A stretch of 64,000 nt of DNA, taken from assembly GCF_030144855.1 (NCBI RefSeq), contig NC_082731.1, forward strand, positions 21,638,001 to 21,702,000, given 5' to 3'. The stretch is from Hypanus sabinus. Lineage: Eukaryota. Both the position numbers and the translations under genes were made by a program. Of the stretch, positions 1-14,640 are shown piece after piece. The notes under the pieces were generated by a model, which did not search any database, was not told the origin of the DNA, and saw only the letters and a list, made by a program, of their open reading frames with translations. Every line of letters begins with the position of its first letter. Position 1 is the first letter of the stretch.

Positions 1-564
1 GGCGCTTTGTTGATAACAAGGTTTCTTGGTTTTACTAAGTCATTATAATTTGTTTGATTGGGCAACTGGCGCCTTGTTATCTTTCAAACTATGCAAAATA
101 TGCAGGCAGACTGCATCCACCTCTTTTGTTGTTTTCCGCTTTGAAATGGGTCTTCTAAAGTTACTTTTTCGCAGCTCTTTTTAAACAAAACGTTATATTC
201 TGTCAGCGCTATGTTGATTTTTACCTTCCTTTTAGTAATTTGACTGAAAGTAATTATGCAGGGTGTACCTGTAGTAATTACAGAGTAATGAAACTATAGG
301 GTGTTTTGTTTTACCTTAAAATTCACTCAGAGTTTTACTATCTTTTGATTATTTATACACATTCCGGTGTTTCTCTGTTTTCAATAGAATACAATATTGT
401 ATATTTCTTACTGCTGTTTTTTGTGTTTTTCATTATTTTACCATTTTGTCATTTTTTATTATACATAAAACATTAACACAATGTTTTAAGTGTATCTATG
501 TGTTGCACTCTGTAAATCTTGTTTTTCTTTCTTCTGAATAAAAATATTGTAAAAAAGATAGTAA

Positions 565-1350
565 GTGCATCTATATCTTAATATCTGCATGCCCAAACTT
601 TTCAATCCGCTGGCAGTCATCCCTGAAATCGCCAAGATCTTATACGGCAGTTTTACCAAAGCAAAGTTTCCAATATTTACCTCTACAACCCATACACACT
701 TTTCTACTTCAGCACTCTATTGGCCATGTTCTCTCAGAACTTATCATCCTGCTCATCACATACCTGTAGAATGCCTTGGGATTTTCTTTAATCCTGCCCG
801 CCAAGAATTTCTCATGGCTCCTTCTGCTCTCCTAAACTCAATTTTAACCTCCTTCCTGCAAGCCTCATAATCCTCTCGATCTCTATCGTTATCGAGTTTT
901 TTGAACGTTTGCTAAGCTCTTATTTACTTCCTGACTTCATTTTCAACAGTCTTTGTAATAGACGGTTCCTTTTCCCGACCATCCTTTCCCTATCTCATTG
1001 GAATGTACTTATCCAGAAGGCCACGCAAATATCCCCTGAACGTTTGGCACATTTCAGCCGTAAATTCCGCTGAGAACATCAGTTCCCAATTTATATATCC
1101 ACGGTAACTACATATTTCTTCTTAAGCTAATTAGACGCTTTCCGAACAGGTCTTTCACTATTCCTCTGCAATGCAGTGGTAGAGTAGGGGAATATTGATC
1201 ACTATCTGAAAATGTAGGTTCATTTCTCAACAGAATATTATGGGCATCCTCACTTCTTGTAGACATAACTAAACAGTGTCAATAAACATTCCTGATCACA
1301 GCTAATACATTCCACAGCATTTGAGCCCTTGCTCTAGGGAGATTACAATC
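565..1350 (-). mobile_element. CR1 LINE ORF2 fragment (degenerate)
   Basis: Minus strand reads ...KENPKAFYRYV...-like and resembles the CR1 copies at ~33.7 kb and ~43.05 kb; many stops. Boundaries approximate. Confidence 0.6.
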
Positions 1351-1403
1351 AATATTTGGGAAATTTAAATCTCCGAACACACAGCTCTGTTACAATTACA
1401 CCT

Positions 1404-2972
1404 TTCCAAAATGCAATAAAAGCAAAACTCTATGATGTGTTAATTCACGTATACCTTCATTTAACTGACAAAAGTACAAAGAAAACATTTTCAATAGTTT
1501 TACAGACCAACTTAAATGTATTTGGTAAATATATACAATGTTGGAATTTGCTGGCTGCAGCACACTCCACAAAAGTTGGGAAAGAGTTAAAATAAGGTTG
1601 GAAACTTCACAGAATATTCAAATAACAGGTTTGGAAGACTCCACATTAAGCAGGCTAATTGGCAGCAGGTGTGGGATCATGACTGGGTATAAAAGTAGCC
1701 TCCATCTAAGGTTTAGTCTTTGCAAGCAAGTATGGGTCGTTCCTCACTCATCTGTCCCAAAATTCGTGAGAGATTTGTTAGTCAGTTCAAAAGGAACATT
1801 TCTCAACGTAAGATCGCAGAGTATTTAGGACTTTCAACATCTACGTACATAATATCGTGAAAAGATTCGGAGAGTTCAGAGACAACTCAGTGTCTAAAGG
1901 GCAAGCTCGGAAATCACTGTTGAATACGCGTGATCTTCGAGCACTCAAGCGGCAATGCCTACTAAACCGTCATGATATTGTGACAATTACAGCCGCCTGG
2001 GATCGGGTACTTTGGGAATTCTTTGACACTTAACACAGTCCTTCGCTGCATTCAGAAATGCAACTTGAAACTGTGTTACGCAAGGAGGAAACCATACATC
2101 AACTCTATGTAGAAACGCCCGAGAGTTCTCTGGGCCCGAGGTCATCTCCGATGGACGGAGAGACAGTGGAACCGTGTGCTGTTGTCAGATAAGTGCACAT
2201 TTCAGCTAGTTTTCGGAAAAATCGGGCGTGGAGTTCTCCGTTCCAAAGATGAATACGACAATCCTGTTGTTATCAGCGAAAGGTGCAAAAGCCAGCATCT
2301 GTGATGGTATGGGGTTGCATCAGTGCCCACGGCATGCGTGAGTTGCATGTATGTGAAGGTGCAATTGACTCCGAGGCGTATGTTAGCATTTTAGTGGGAC
2401 ATATTTTGCCATCAAGCTGTCGTCTCTTCCCGGGACGTCGATGCTTATTTCAGCAGGACAATGCCAGACCACATTCTGCACGGGCTACAACAGCGTGGCT
2501 TTGTGGACGCAGAGTACGTGTGATTGACTGGCCTGCTGCAGTCCAGATCTAACGCCTATTGAAAATGTATGGCGCATCATGAAGAGGAGAATCAGACAAC
2601 GGAGACCACTGTCTGCTGAGCAGCAGAAGTATTATATCAAGCAATAATGGACAAAATTTCCATTTCCAAATCTACTACAATTAGTATCCTCAGTTCCAAA
2701 ATGATTAATAAGTGTTATTAACAGGAAAGGTGATGTAATACAGTGGTAAACATGCCACTGTCCCAACTTTTGTTGAGTGTGTTGCAGCCATCAATTTCTA
2801 AATTTGCACATATTTACAAAATACAATTAAGTTGTTCAGTAAAACTATTGAAAATCTTTTTTTTTGTACTTTTGTCAGTTAAATTAAGTTTCACGTGAAT
2901 TAACACATCATAGAGTTTTGCTTTTATTGCTTTTTGGAAAATATCCCCAACTTCGCTTGAATGGGGTTTGTA
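1404..2972 (+). mobile_element. Tc1/mariner DNA transposon, degenerate transposase, ~200-bp TIRs
   Basis: TIR ttccaaaatgcaataaaagcaaaactctatgatgtgttaattcacg... at 1404 is matched in inverted form at ~2760-2970, which ends ...ggggtttg+TA. ORF 2283-2552 has Tc1 motifs VMVWGC and FQQDNARPH, followed in another frame by DLTPIENVW. Confidence 0.85.
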
Positions 2973-3129
2973 TATATATACATACACATATAAAAACACT
3001 CAGTAGAGTTAATGTCCCTTTCTGCTTTTTACTTCCAGCAACAGACAATGAGTCGACAATCCGTCGACGACTTCCTCCATTTTTCCGCAGCCGTGTAGAT
3101 ATCGCTGATCAGATACGCTAGGCCCCTAA

Positions 3130-3620
3130 CTCTACCCAGTCCTTTCTGAAACTTCAAAACCTGGCACTCAAAGTAACCATTCCTACCGCTGAGGCATCCA
3201 AAAATGCCGACAACTCTAATCCTGATCTGATCTAATCATAGCGCCAATCCTCATCCACGATCTAAGATCATCCACTTTGTTCTTTATGCTTATGTCATTA
3301 AAATAGACACATATCCAACCTTCGGTCTGAGCACAACCCTTCTCTATCACCTGCCTATCCTTTCTTTCGCACTGACTACGATCTTTATCTATTTATAAGC
3401 AACTGCCCATTTCTCCGTCTCTTGAGATATGTTTCCAACCCCAGCAAGTCTAGTTTAAATTGGTTCCAGTAGCCATAGCAAACATACTGGCCAGGATATT
3501 TATCTGGGAGTCTGGGAATCTGCGGGACTTTCCACGTATGACGACCGGTACCGAACAGAGGCCTTTTTCTCAACTGCTGATGAAATTGATCTCGTCTCGA
3601 TACTCTATCGTCTAACACCC
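3130..3620 (-). mobile_element. CR1 LINE fragment (ORF1 end / ORF2 start)
   Basis: Minus strand ...aatatcctggccagtatgtttgct...tttaaactagacttgctgggg matches the ORF1/ORF2 junction of the CR1 at ~32.5 kb. Confidence 0.5.
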
Positions 3621-4079
3621 CTCTGTCTAAATCTACTCTGTCACACCTCCTCAGACGCCCGCTCCTTAAAGCTATATTCTTTCAAACTCTTATCGCTGTT
3701 TTAACTCGCTGACTTCCACGGGCTTGCGCAATTTTACCTCGATCAGCATCATCTTGACAGCATCTTGGAGATATAGGTCTGTGATTGCAAACATATACAT
3801 ATCTTTGAACTGTTCATGGCCACAGATTCGTGCTTATGAGAGCAGAGCAGTCGGTTAAACACACAGCTTAGCTCTGCCAAATTTGCTTAAGAACGAGAAG
3901 GAAATGTTGTTTCAAAACAGCACATGGTGAGATCACACTTAGGAGTTCAATGGCCTATTTACAGAGGGAGGTACAGACGGGCAGGTAGTTACTGTTGTTG
4001 ATTGGGACTGAGGGAATAATGGTTTTGCTCGTGCATTTGCAATCAATGAACAGTAACTTATATTATTGTCCACACGACC

Positions 4080-4480
4080 AAAGCTTACATGCAGAACCGG
4101 TGCTATAAAATCGGCTGTGAACCTATCGTTTCGAAAGGGAAAGGGCAGCTCGTCTACGTCTATCCTAAGGCATGAGATTATCTAGTAATGAATAACGTCT
4201 CAAAACACTTCTCACGTTAGCTTTTAAAACGACTGAGCAATAGGCGTTCAGTCACAATACTATACTAAAGTTTAAGACATCCATATGGACTGGGCTATAA
4301 AGTCAATCGGTATTAAAATACTTTCCTATGTTGAATCTGGACTTCTATATTTCTGTAAGAGTATTTTTGGATCCAAATGTTCTGGCCTTCAACAGTCTCC
4401 CAAATTGTCTGCTGCTGAAGCCAAAACGTGGTATTTCGTCTATAATGCTATACCATATCAATTTCGAAACGGCTAGGTTT
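4080..4480 (-). mobile_element. L1-like RT fragment, highly decayed
   Basis: Minus strand retains a remnant of the RGTRQGCPLSP motif, as in the L1 copy at ~10.8 kb. Confidence 0.35.
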
Positions 4481-4939
4481 CTAATAAATCGTTTAATATG
4501 ACCACTGGACCATTGAGTTTCATCATTTAATGAGAGCTAGCTATCGGAGTGGCATATAAATCCCTGTGTGGTGCACTGCTCAAAAGGAACACAGAACATC
4601 CCCGGGAAAGAAAAGAAAAAATCCCAACATTCAACGTAGTCCATAGACACTTCTGACTGCAACAGATACAGTTCCTAATCAGGAGAGCAGGCCATTACCG
4701 CAGGGATCACAAAAACACTTAAAAAATAAATTCACACAACAAATGTGTTCAACAGAAGATGCAAACATCATGCAAGTACATACGCAACACGTAGTGACAA
4801 TGAAGATGATGATGATGACAATAATTATGATAATAATAGTAAAATCAATACATTTAATATTGTTAAACCAAGTGAAACACAAAGTCGCACAAGTGGTAAG
4901 AAATCAGTTATCTGAAGAACATACAAACATCCACGACGT

Positions 4940-5395
4940 GTACCGGGCGGATCCTCTGCCCGCCTCGGTTACTCAGAACCCATCTCTTTTGCAGGCTGCA
5001 AACGATGGCGACTCTACCAAGTTAGAGGTGTACACGGCACCAGTCAATAGTTACATCACAAAGTGTATCGATAACGCTACTGTGTTTACGACAACCACTA
5101 CATGCGCTAAACAGAGGCTGTGGATGACCGCGGGGGAGCACACGATGCTGCCGAACCGTGACTCCGCCTTCTGAGCAGGCGACAAGTCAGACCGAACATC
5201 AGCAAGGACCAATAATTCCCGGGTTATTAGAAAGGGAAAGCGCCCACACGCCCAGCGAATCCACAGCCACTTCCAGGACAGTGGAGTTACCCAGCGTATG
5301 TGGAAGGGAATGCAGGACGTCACCAACTGCAAGATAATATCACCTGACTGTTTGGGTGATCCCTTCCTCTCAGATGCGCTGAACAACTTCTACGT
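4940..5395 (+). mobile_element. Rex1/Babar-type non-LTR retrotransposon fragment
   Basis: Translation ...VNSYITKCIDNATVFTTTTTCAKQRLWMTA... resembles the Rex1/Babar region upstream of RT (recognised from memory). Confidence 0.55.
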
Positions 5396-6249
5396 TATTT
5401 TTAAGGCGTAATTTTACATAACCTTTTCATTGTAATATATATTATCAGAAATCTAGAGGCGATATACAGTATAGGAGAGGATGTGAACGGGTTATTGTCG
5501 ATCGGGATCGAAAAAAATATCGAAGGTTTTCTTATTAAGTATGTCGGAACAAGTACATACGTTATTATTTATCGTCAGTTAGTTAAAGGTTTGTCTTAGT
5601 ATATAGTATATATGTTCCTTTTCTACGCATATAAAACACTTAGGAACGTATGAGTCAGCTCTGGGACGGAAACGGAAGTTTTCGCGACTCGGGACGGATT
5701 GCTACAGAGTGCGCTCTCCATCGTGCAGGGTTGATGTGGAGTTTCAAAAACACAACCCCCCCAAAGACAATAATTAAACCGCTCTGTTGCTCAGTAATAA
5801 TTGTACCTTCCATCGGGGCAGATCGTTAATCGCATTATCCTTTAAAATTGTTCGGATCCTTGACCGACGTGTGCTAACGCTTTTCAAAACACCGATGATG
5901 TTTCACCTCTTTCCGATTGCTTTATTATTTCCACTTATTTGCAATCCGTGTTCGTGATTATTTACGCGAACAGAAACAATGCGGATTCAGATGTTTACCG
6001 TCGGGTCCTAATGTCCACCACATTGAAAGTCTGAACAAGGGAATTTAGAATCCCCATATCCCAAATGATTTAGATGATGGAATACACGTTTTTTTTTGCC
6101 AAATTTTGCAGATCATACGAAGATTTTTGGAGGGGCACATCGTGTTGACGGAACAGGTAGATTCAGCAGGACTTGCACATATTAAAAGAACGGCAATGAA
6201 AGCGGCAAATTAAATCTAAGTTTAGAAAATACTTGTTAATGCACTATGC

Positions 6250-6520
6250 AGTATGGTAGTAGAAATACAGTTGTTGACTGTTTTTTTAAACTGGGGTAAG
6301 ATTCATCAATCTGGGACGCAGAGGATGTTAGGAGTCCTTGTGCTGAAAACCCTGAAGGCTAATTTGCAGGCTGAGTCGGTTGTGAGTGAGGCAATTGCCA
6401 TGACAGCAATCACTACAAGTTGTCCAGAACACAAGAGGAAGGATGCAATGTTGAGGCTTTATAAGACGCTGATTAGGCCTCGCCTTGATTATTGTGATCT
6501 GTTTTTGGTCCCACAACTTT
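6250..6520 (+). mobile_element. CR1 ORF2 C-terminal fragment
   Basis: DAMLRLYKTLIRPRLDYC is a typical CR1 post-RT motif. Confidence 0.55.
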
Positions 6521-6569
6521 AATAAAAAAAGTATATATATATACTTTCTACAGTTTCTACAGTTATATT

Positions 6570-8378
6570 AAAAGCAAGAGGATAGTGAGTGATAAAATTG
6601 GCCCCTTAGAGAAACAGAGTGGTCAGCTATGTGTGGAACCGAGGGAGATCGGAGAGATTTTGAACGATTTCTTCTCTTCGGTATTCACTAAGGAGAAGGA
6701 TATTGAATTGATTAATGTGTGGGAAACAAGTAAGGAAGTTATGGAACCTATGACAATTAAAGAGGTGGAAGTACTGGAGATTTAAAGAAATTTAAAATAG
6801 GATAAATCTCCGGGTCCTGACAGGATATTCGCCCGGACCTTGAGGGAAGTTTGTGTAGAAATAGCAGGAGCTCTGACAGATATCTTTAAGATGTCATTAG
6901 AAAAGGGGATTGTGCCGGAGGATTGGCGTATTGCTCATGTGGTTCCATTGATTAACAGGGGTTCTAGAAATAAGCCTAGCAATTTTAGACCTGTCAGTTT
7001 GACATCAGTGGTGGGTAAATTAATGGAAAGTATACTTAGAGATAGTATTAATAATTATCTGAAAGACAGGATCTGATTAGGAGTAGTCAGCATGGATTTG
7101 TGCGTGGAAGGTCATGTTTGACAAACCTTATTGAATTTTTTGAAGAAGTTACGAGGAATGTTGACGAGGGTAAGGCAGTCGATGCAGTCTATATGGACTT
7201 CAGCAAAGCCTTTGACAAAGTTCCACATGGAAGGTTAGTTAAGAAGGTTCTGTCGTTGGGTATTAATGCTGGAGTAATAAAATGGATTCAACAGTGGCTA
7301 GATGGGAGATGCCAGAGAGTAGTGGTGGATAATTGTTTATCGGGATGGAGACCGGTGACTAGCGGGGTGCCTCAGGGATGTGCTTTGGGCCCAATGTTGT
7401 TAGTAATATTCATAAATGATCTGGATGATGGGGTGGTAAATTGGATTAGTAAGTGTGCCGAAGATGCTAAGGTAGGAGATGTTGTGGATAATGAGGTGGG
7501 TTCTCAAAGCTTGCAGGGAGATTTATGCCGGTTAGAAGAATGGGCTGAACGTCGGCTGATGGAGTTTAATGCTGAGAAGTGTGAGGTTCTACATTTTGGC
7601 AGGAATAATCCAAATAGAACATGCAGGGTAAATGGTAGGGCATTGAGGAATGCAGAGGAACAGAGAGATCTAGGAATAGCAGTGCATAGTTCCCTGTAGG
7701 TGGAGTATCATTTAGATAGGGTGGTGAAGAAGGCTTTTGGAACGCTGGCCTTTATAAATCAAAGCATTGAGTACAGAAGTTGGGATGTAATGTTAAAATT
7801 GTACAAGGCAATGGTAAGGCCAAATTTGGAATATTTTGTGCAGTTCTGGTCAGCGAATTATAGGAAAGATACCAATAAATTAGAGAGAGTGCAGAGACGA
7901 TTTACTAGGATGTTACCTGGGTTTCAGCACTAAAGTTACAGAGAAAAGTTGAACAAGTTAGGTCTCTATTCATTGGAGCGTAGAAGGTTGAGGGGGGATT
8001 TGATCGAGGTATTTAAAATTTTGAGAGGGATAGATGGAGTTGACGTGAATAGGCTGTTTCCATTGAGAGTAGGGGAGATTCAAACGAGAGGACATGATTT
8101 GAGATTTAGGGGGCAGAAGTTTAAGGGAAACTCGAGGGGATATTTCTTTACTCAGAGAGTGATAGCTGCGTGGAATGAGCTTCCTGTAGAAGTAGTAGAG
8201 GCCAGTTCAGTTGTGTCATTTAAGGTAAAATTGGATAGGTAAATGGACAGGAAAGGAGTGGAGGGTTATGGGCTGAGTGCGGGTAGCTGGGACTAGGTGA
8301 GATTAAGAGTTCGGCACGGACTAGGAGGGCCGAGATGGCCTGATTCCGTGCTGTGATTGTTATGGTTATATGGTTATA
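6570..8378 (+). mobile_element. 5'-truncated CR1 LINE with RT domain; relatively young but carrying stops
   Basis: Collinear ORFs 6585-8242 with FRPVSLTSVVGKLME, GRSCLTNLIEFFEEVT, VYMDFSKAFDKVPH, SGVPQG and LYSLERRRLRGDLIE. 3' tail ...gttatggttatatggttata. Confidence 0.9.
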
Positions 8379-8879
8379 TAGATATATACATTATATGTTA
8401 ATTTATATATTATATATTTAGAAGTATATATACATTTACTTTTAAAAGTTGCATATATATAGTTGTGTATGGGTATATATATAAGGATGGTGTGAGAGTT
8501 TCGGAGAAGAGGATAAAGCCTCAATATATTAGTGAGCCCCATCTGAACAAAGATGCGGAGAAAGTCCTTTACACAAAATGTGGTGAATTTGTTTCTTTAT
8601 CATTTTTAAAGCTGTATAATAAAGTATACACACACACACACAGACACACACAAATATATATATATATATATATATACACACAGAGAAGGAGAAGTATCAC
8701 ATATATCTATATCAGTAACATTTCGAATAAAAGGAAATATAACATTATTACGACAAAGTATTAATCGAATAGCATAAAAATAAAGAGTATGGTAATTGAT
8801 TCTACCCTTATCCATTATAAGTAAAAAAACAGAATATTTTATGATTGACATAAACATGAAAAAAGACAAAATCCTAATC

Positions 8880-11800
8880 ACAAAAACGTAAAAAGTATAA
8901 AAGAACTAGGCTTCTCAAACCGAGAGATAGAATAAAGAGAAACAAGGAAAATCTTCCTGATCAAAACTAAAATTTGAAAAAAGGTAACTGGAAGGGCCAT
9001 AATTCAGAGCATATGTAAATATCGAAAGAAGTGTCCCCAAGTTCATTCAAGTTTAGAGGATATATCAAATGCCCGACTTCATAATTTCCCCAAACATAAA
9101 CAGGACATAATGGAGGTAAGGCAATGAATAATAGTAGGTCGATTAGTATCCTTCCATTTCAGCAAAATGGCTCTGCTAGCTAATATCGTTGTAAACGTTA
9201 TCATCCGTTGAGCGGAATCAAGTATATCTCTGGCTTCCGAAGAAATGATCCCAAAAATTACTGTAAGTAGATTCGGTTGCAGATCCAAATACTGAACCTT
9301 TCACAGAGTTTTGAATACTTCTATCGAAAAATTATCCAAATTGATGCAGGACCAGACCATATGTGTTAAAGTAGCCACCTCAATATTACCTTTATAACAA
9401 TTTGGATAAATATTATAAATAACGGGCTAATTTGTCCTTTGACATATGCGCTGATGCACTACCTTGAATTGTATCACGGGGGGAGAACCACAAATAGAAG
9501 AGCTATTTATCTAATTTGAAATAATTATCCCATTGATTATCACAAAGTGACATTCGAAATTCTAGTTCCCATGCTGCTTTATTTTTATCATTAGGTAACA
9601 TACGAAAGTTCAATAACCATTTAAAAATATAGCAATCAATCCTTTTTGAAATGGTTGGAACTACAAAAAAAAAGTATCAATGATGTTGGCTGATTAAGCC
9701 GAAGGAAAATCTGGCAGTAAATTAAATACAAAATTCCGAAATTGAAAATATCTAAAGAAGTGTACATTTAGAGAGGTTATAATTATGCATTGAGAGAAAA
9801 AAAAACATTAGGCGCCAAAAAACAGATCTAAATGTTTACCAATCATTTGGTTTTCCAAATTTAAAGGTATGATCAAAAATTGAAGGATTACAAATACAAA
9901 AGATGGATTTTACTAGAAAGAACAAAGTTATTAACATCAGAGTATCGGTGATATTGGAACAAAATTCTTAATGTATATTTAATAATAGGATTAAAATCTC
10001 CAGTACGTATCTGAGAAAGAAAAATGTGAGAGGAGCTCCCAATGAAGAAGCCGAAGAATATACCTTCACCGAGTTTTTCTCGAAATCTACCCATAAGAGA
10101 CAATCATGTATATCTGAAAAATGAAACCAAAAAGCAATATAACGAATGTTAATGGCACAGCAGTAGAATGTAAAATTGGCAAAGACATACCACCATGCTT
10201 TTTTTTTTATAATTTCTGCAATTAAAGTTTACTTAATCTCGGATTTTTTAGAATTCCAGATAAAAGATATAATTTTAGTGTCCACTATATCAAAAAGAAC
10301 AGTTTACGAACAAAAGAGGGGATTGCTTGGACTGCATATAAAAACTTCGGTAATACTTTCACTTTAATAGTATTAATAGGGCGAAATAATGGTAATTTCA
10401 TAAGAGAATACTGAGAACTTACTTGCTGCGTATACTCAATTACTGAAATAATGATATATTTATAGAGTTCATTAACCTTCGTAATTTTGATACCGAGATA
10501 TGGAAAGTTATTTTAAGCAATTCTAAAATGAAATTGAACATATTGATCAAAATAATTGTTAATAGGAATCAGCTTCCTTTTATGCAAATTTAATTTATAT
10601 CCAGAAAACCTACTGAATTCAGAAAATACATATAACAAAGCTGGAATCGGCTTCTTAGGATCTGAAATATAAACTAATAAGACATCTGTATAGGGCCGAA
10701 GCTTATGTACTTTGTCACTTCTCTTAATACCCAAAACTTTATTGGAGCCCCGAAATCCAACAGCGAGAGGTGGTAAATCTAAATTAAACAGAAGCGGACT
10801 GAATGGGCAACCCTGCCGGGTACCTCTATATAACCTTGAAATAATAGTTTTTTGATTATTAGTTATAACTGCCGGCAAAGGGGCTTGATAAATCAGTTTA
10901 ATCCAAGACATGTAGCATGGACAACACTGAAATCAGTCCAAAACCTGAAATGAATAGGGGGACTCTCCCCTATAAAAAGGCTTTCGCTGCATCAAGAGAA
11001 ACAACACATTGAATTTCTTTAGATGTGGAAGAATGAAAGATGTTCAGTTGTCTACGAAGATTTAAAAACGCATATGTATTCTTAATAAATTTACTTTGAT
11101 TTTTAGAAATAACCTTAATTAATTTTTACTGAAATATGTTTGCCAAAATCTTAGAATGAATTTTGGAATCGACGTTTAACATAGAAACTGGTCTGTAAGC
11201 ATCACATTATAATAAATATTTTCCTTTTTTCGGAATTAATGACATTGATGACTCTTAAAAAGTTTTAGGGAGTGTCGCAGGAGATATAGATTCAGCGAAC
11301 ATTTGGCATAGATGAGGTGTAGGAATTTCTGCGACAACTTCAAAAAATTCTACCGTAAAACCATGAGGTCACGGAGCTTTACCCGACAGATAAGAAGATA
11401 TAAATCATACTGTTTGCTCTCGGTTAATGGGTACTTCTAAAGTATTCATATCTTGGGTAGAGATTTTGGGTATATTCAAACTCTTCACAAATCTATTTAT
11501 AGAAGTAACGTTGTTTGAAAAATGAGATTGATAAGGTGTAGATTAAAAATCCAAATAAAAAACAATAAATTATTTCTGTCCTAACTGTCAGATGATTCGG
11601 ATTTATGAGATCTTCGTACTTTCAAAATTTGCCTTCAAGCCATAATTGCTTTGATTTGAGCAGCTAACAATTTACCAGATTTAACTCTATTTATATAAAT
11701 ATGACATCTGGATTTGAAAAGTTGCTTATCAATGGGACATGCCAATAACAAGTCATGCGGTGTTTTATGTTTCATCCTTACCTTGCATAAATCTTCGGTA

Positions 11801-12900
11801 GGTAATACTGAATAAACGTAATTATTTATTTAATACTGTTTGTATTCACTCACATATCTCCTTTTGTCTTCTTTCCTAAAGCTGCTGGATATGAAATTAT
11901 ATGTCCACGAATAAAAGATTTCATTCCGTCACAAATAACCAACTTTGACCTATCTTCAATTCTATTTAATTCCAAAAAATAAAGAGATTTGCTCCTTAAA
12001 AAAAAAGTTCAATCATGGAGCAGTGCAGCACTGAATCGCCACTGAGCTGCCTTCCGTAGGTTATAAGAAAACTTCGGTGTGAATTCCATAGACGCCTGAT
12101 CCGACAGCACAATACCATACACACAATTAGCAACAAAGGATATCAATGGGGTATTTAACAAAAAATAATCAATTTTTGTTACATTCAGATTGATTACTGA
12201 CTTAAAGTTGATTAGAAACTTCCTAGCTTCCTCGGGAGAATGAAATCGATCAGGACGAGCTTTTTCGCGGAAAAATAAACAATCAGGCAGGGCAGCACAT
12301 AGATGGGTGATCATTTTTTTTCTATAGAGTTCTGCCATCTCTTCTCGATATTTAATTCCTACTGCATAAACTTCAGGAACAACATCTTCCAATATACGAA
12401 ATTCTACACTGTTGTATGTTAACTTACCCCGCTGCCTGGCATCTCGACGATTTGCTTCTTTAGTAGCAAAATAATGTAAGCAGAGCATTACTGCTTGTGG
12501 TTTCATCTTAACCGATGGTTTATTGCGGGTAATTCGGAGCACCCTGTCTATTCGCAGAGACGTTTCCAGTATCTCACTAAAATGAGAGTATAACACACTG
12601 GTAAAACAATTTTTAGGTAACCGGTTTCGGTATTTTCAGTCAAACCCATGAAGCTTAATTTCATCGTTCGGTTCTATTTTCCAGTTTTCTTCTTAATTCT
12701 TGATAGTTCCCAGGAAACCTCACCAATATTCTTTTCCATAGTAGAAAACTTTAGCTCCTGCTCCTTAATCATTTGATGATTTGTCTTTTCTCGTTTTCTG
12801 ATTTCATTATTATCCATGTTAAGCGATGGATATTTAGATTCTGTCGAGGTTTGTTGAAATGACCAGGAGACGCAAACGATCCATCGGGAAGTTTAAACCT
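8880..12900 (-). mobile_element. L1-clade LINE, near full length, degenerate ORF1 and ORF2
   Basis: ORF 12009-12596 is L1 ORF1-like (IDRVLR...FRILED...EV). ORF 10513-10911 has the RT motif YRGTRQGCPFSPLLF. ORF 9079-9288 has ASRAILLKWKD (ORF2 C-terminus). Confidence 0.8.
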
Positions 12901-14329
12901 TTATTTCCAAACAAAGGCTGAGACAATTAATGAACTTGTTACCTAAAGCCCGCCGAGCTCCGGTGTACAGTATCCTTTATAGAAATTTCTTATCTTCATT
13001 ACATTTCGGTCTTATCAGCATACCCAATCATTCTTTAGTTGCATATCATCTATATAATAACGAATCAATCGCTCTTGACAAACACACGATTCGCCACCAT
13101 TATATATTTCCAGTTCACATCTTGTGCCTCATTCCTGGCCACAGTTGTTTCTCAGTCAGCCTCCATTACATTCCTTACATTCCATTGCCTGTACGTAGCA
13201 TCCTGTCTGAAACCGCTATCTCTTCATAAGCCATTCTATTGTATAATATATGAAGTACATTTCAGCTAATTAGTGCTGCTAAGGAGAAACATATGTTCAT
13301 TAACTGCCGTGGTATGTAACTAAGAGAATACAAGCTATCTAGTAAAACAATGCATAGTAGAATGTGTCTAGTAAATTAATACATAGTAATATTCAGTACA
13401 TCGGAGTGATTACATAATATAGTAAATAACTAGTACATAGTGATTACTTTTCAGGTATATATTTCTCAATAATTGTAAATTATGTTTGTTAAGTTTCAGA
13501 AACAATTTTGCCACGTCTTAATTCCTTTCAGTTCGAATTCCACCCATCGTAATTCAATCGTAAATCTCTCACTTAAAGTAGTTAATTTTCAAAGATTAAA
13601 CAAAAAGTAGATGTGGAAAGTAGCTTGTTAAAGGATAGAGAAGAGTCAACAAGTTTCTTGCTCCATGAGCCGCCTAGTAGAGACTGACAGGGTAGTGAAT
13701 TTCTGGAATGTGTCGCCATATTCAGTTTTCGAAGTCAGGTCGTTGAGAGTATTGAAGTAAGATATTTTTAGGTCCCTTATTGGAAATTGCAACAACGACT
13801 ATGAGGGCCAGTGCGGTAACTGTGAATGAGAAGGACGTAGAGAAAATAAAAGATTAGTCGAGATTGAATGTCAGAGAATACTCGTGTGGACAGATGGCCT
13901 TATTCTGCTCCTTAACTCATGGTCTCATAACGTATGAAGTTAAGGAAAATAATACCCTGGTGAATCAGAAAGAATACTATACCAAACTGCACCAATTTTA
14001 AATACTGTAATGTAAGGAAGAGATTTACCTGTGACTTTCCGAATCCGATGGTGCAGGGAGTCAGAAGACGAGTGGCCGTGGAAAATAAACTTTTCCTTAT
14101 TCTAACCTTTCATGTTTTCGAATATCCTATTCTCCTGTCTGATGTTAAAGACAGGAAGACAATGCTGGATGGAAGGGTAAGGTTCTTAATAGTAACGGGG
14201 ACACAGCCTACGCTGGGTTACGGTAAATGTATCGGATGAATGGTAGGGAGATCACAAAGGTCATCCCAAATGTTCTTCTAGTCCTCTGGAAATTTTGTTT
14301 CGATTCTGGACTGATCCATTAACAGAGGG

Positions 14330-14640
14330 AGATGCAGCATGTCAATGCACATTATCCTACTGTAAGACGCCAATACGGTAGCTGGTTTATATCGCGTTCA
14401 TGTGAGGTTGTTCTTCTCGCACCAATCCACCAGTCGCTCCTCTACCACTCTCCACTACATCTCCCCATCGTTCTGCTAGGGCCAGCCTCTGCTGTGTCAT
14501 CCTCATACTTGATGAAACAGTCTGAGCTGCATCGTGCTGCACAGACATGCGATAACTATGTGGACAGCAGTGTGCCGAGCAGTTATTGTTGAGGAGCGCA
14601 TGTTCTCGGCATGATTGGAAGAGACATGTTGGGGCCCAAA
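14330..14640 (-). mobile_element. Rex1/Babar RT fragment
   Basis: Minus strand resembles the G.PQGCVLSPLLYSLYTHDC...KF.DD region; decayed. Confidence 0.4.

Noticed and set aside
5400-6150. Possible non-autonomous DNA transposon with CpG-rich patches
   Set aside because: No TIRs or TSD could be identified by eye.
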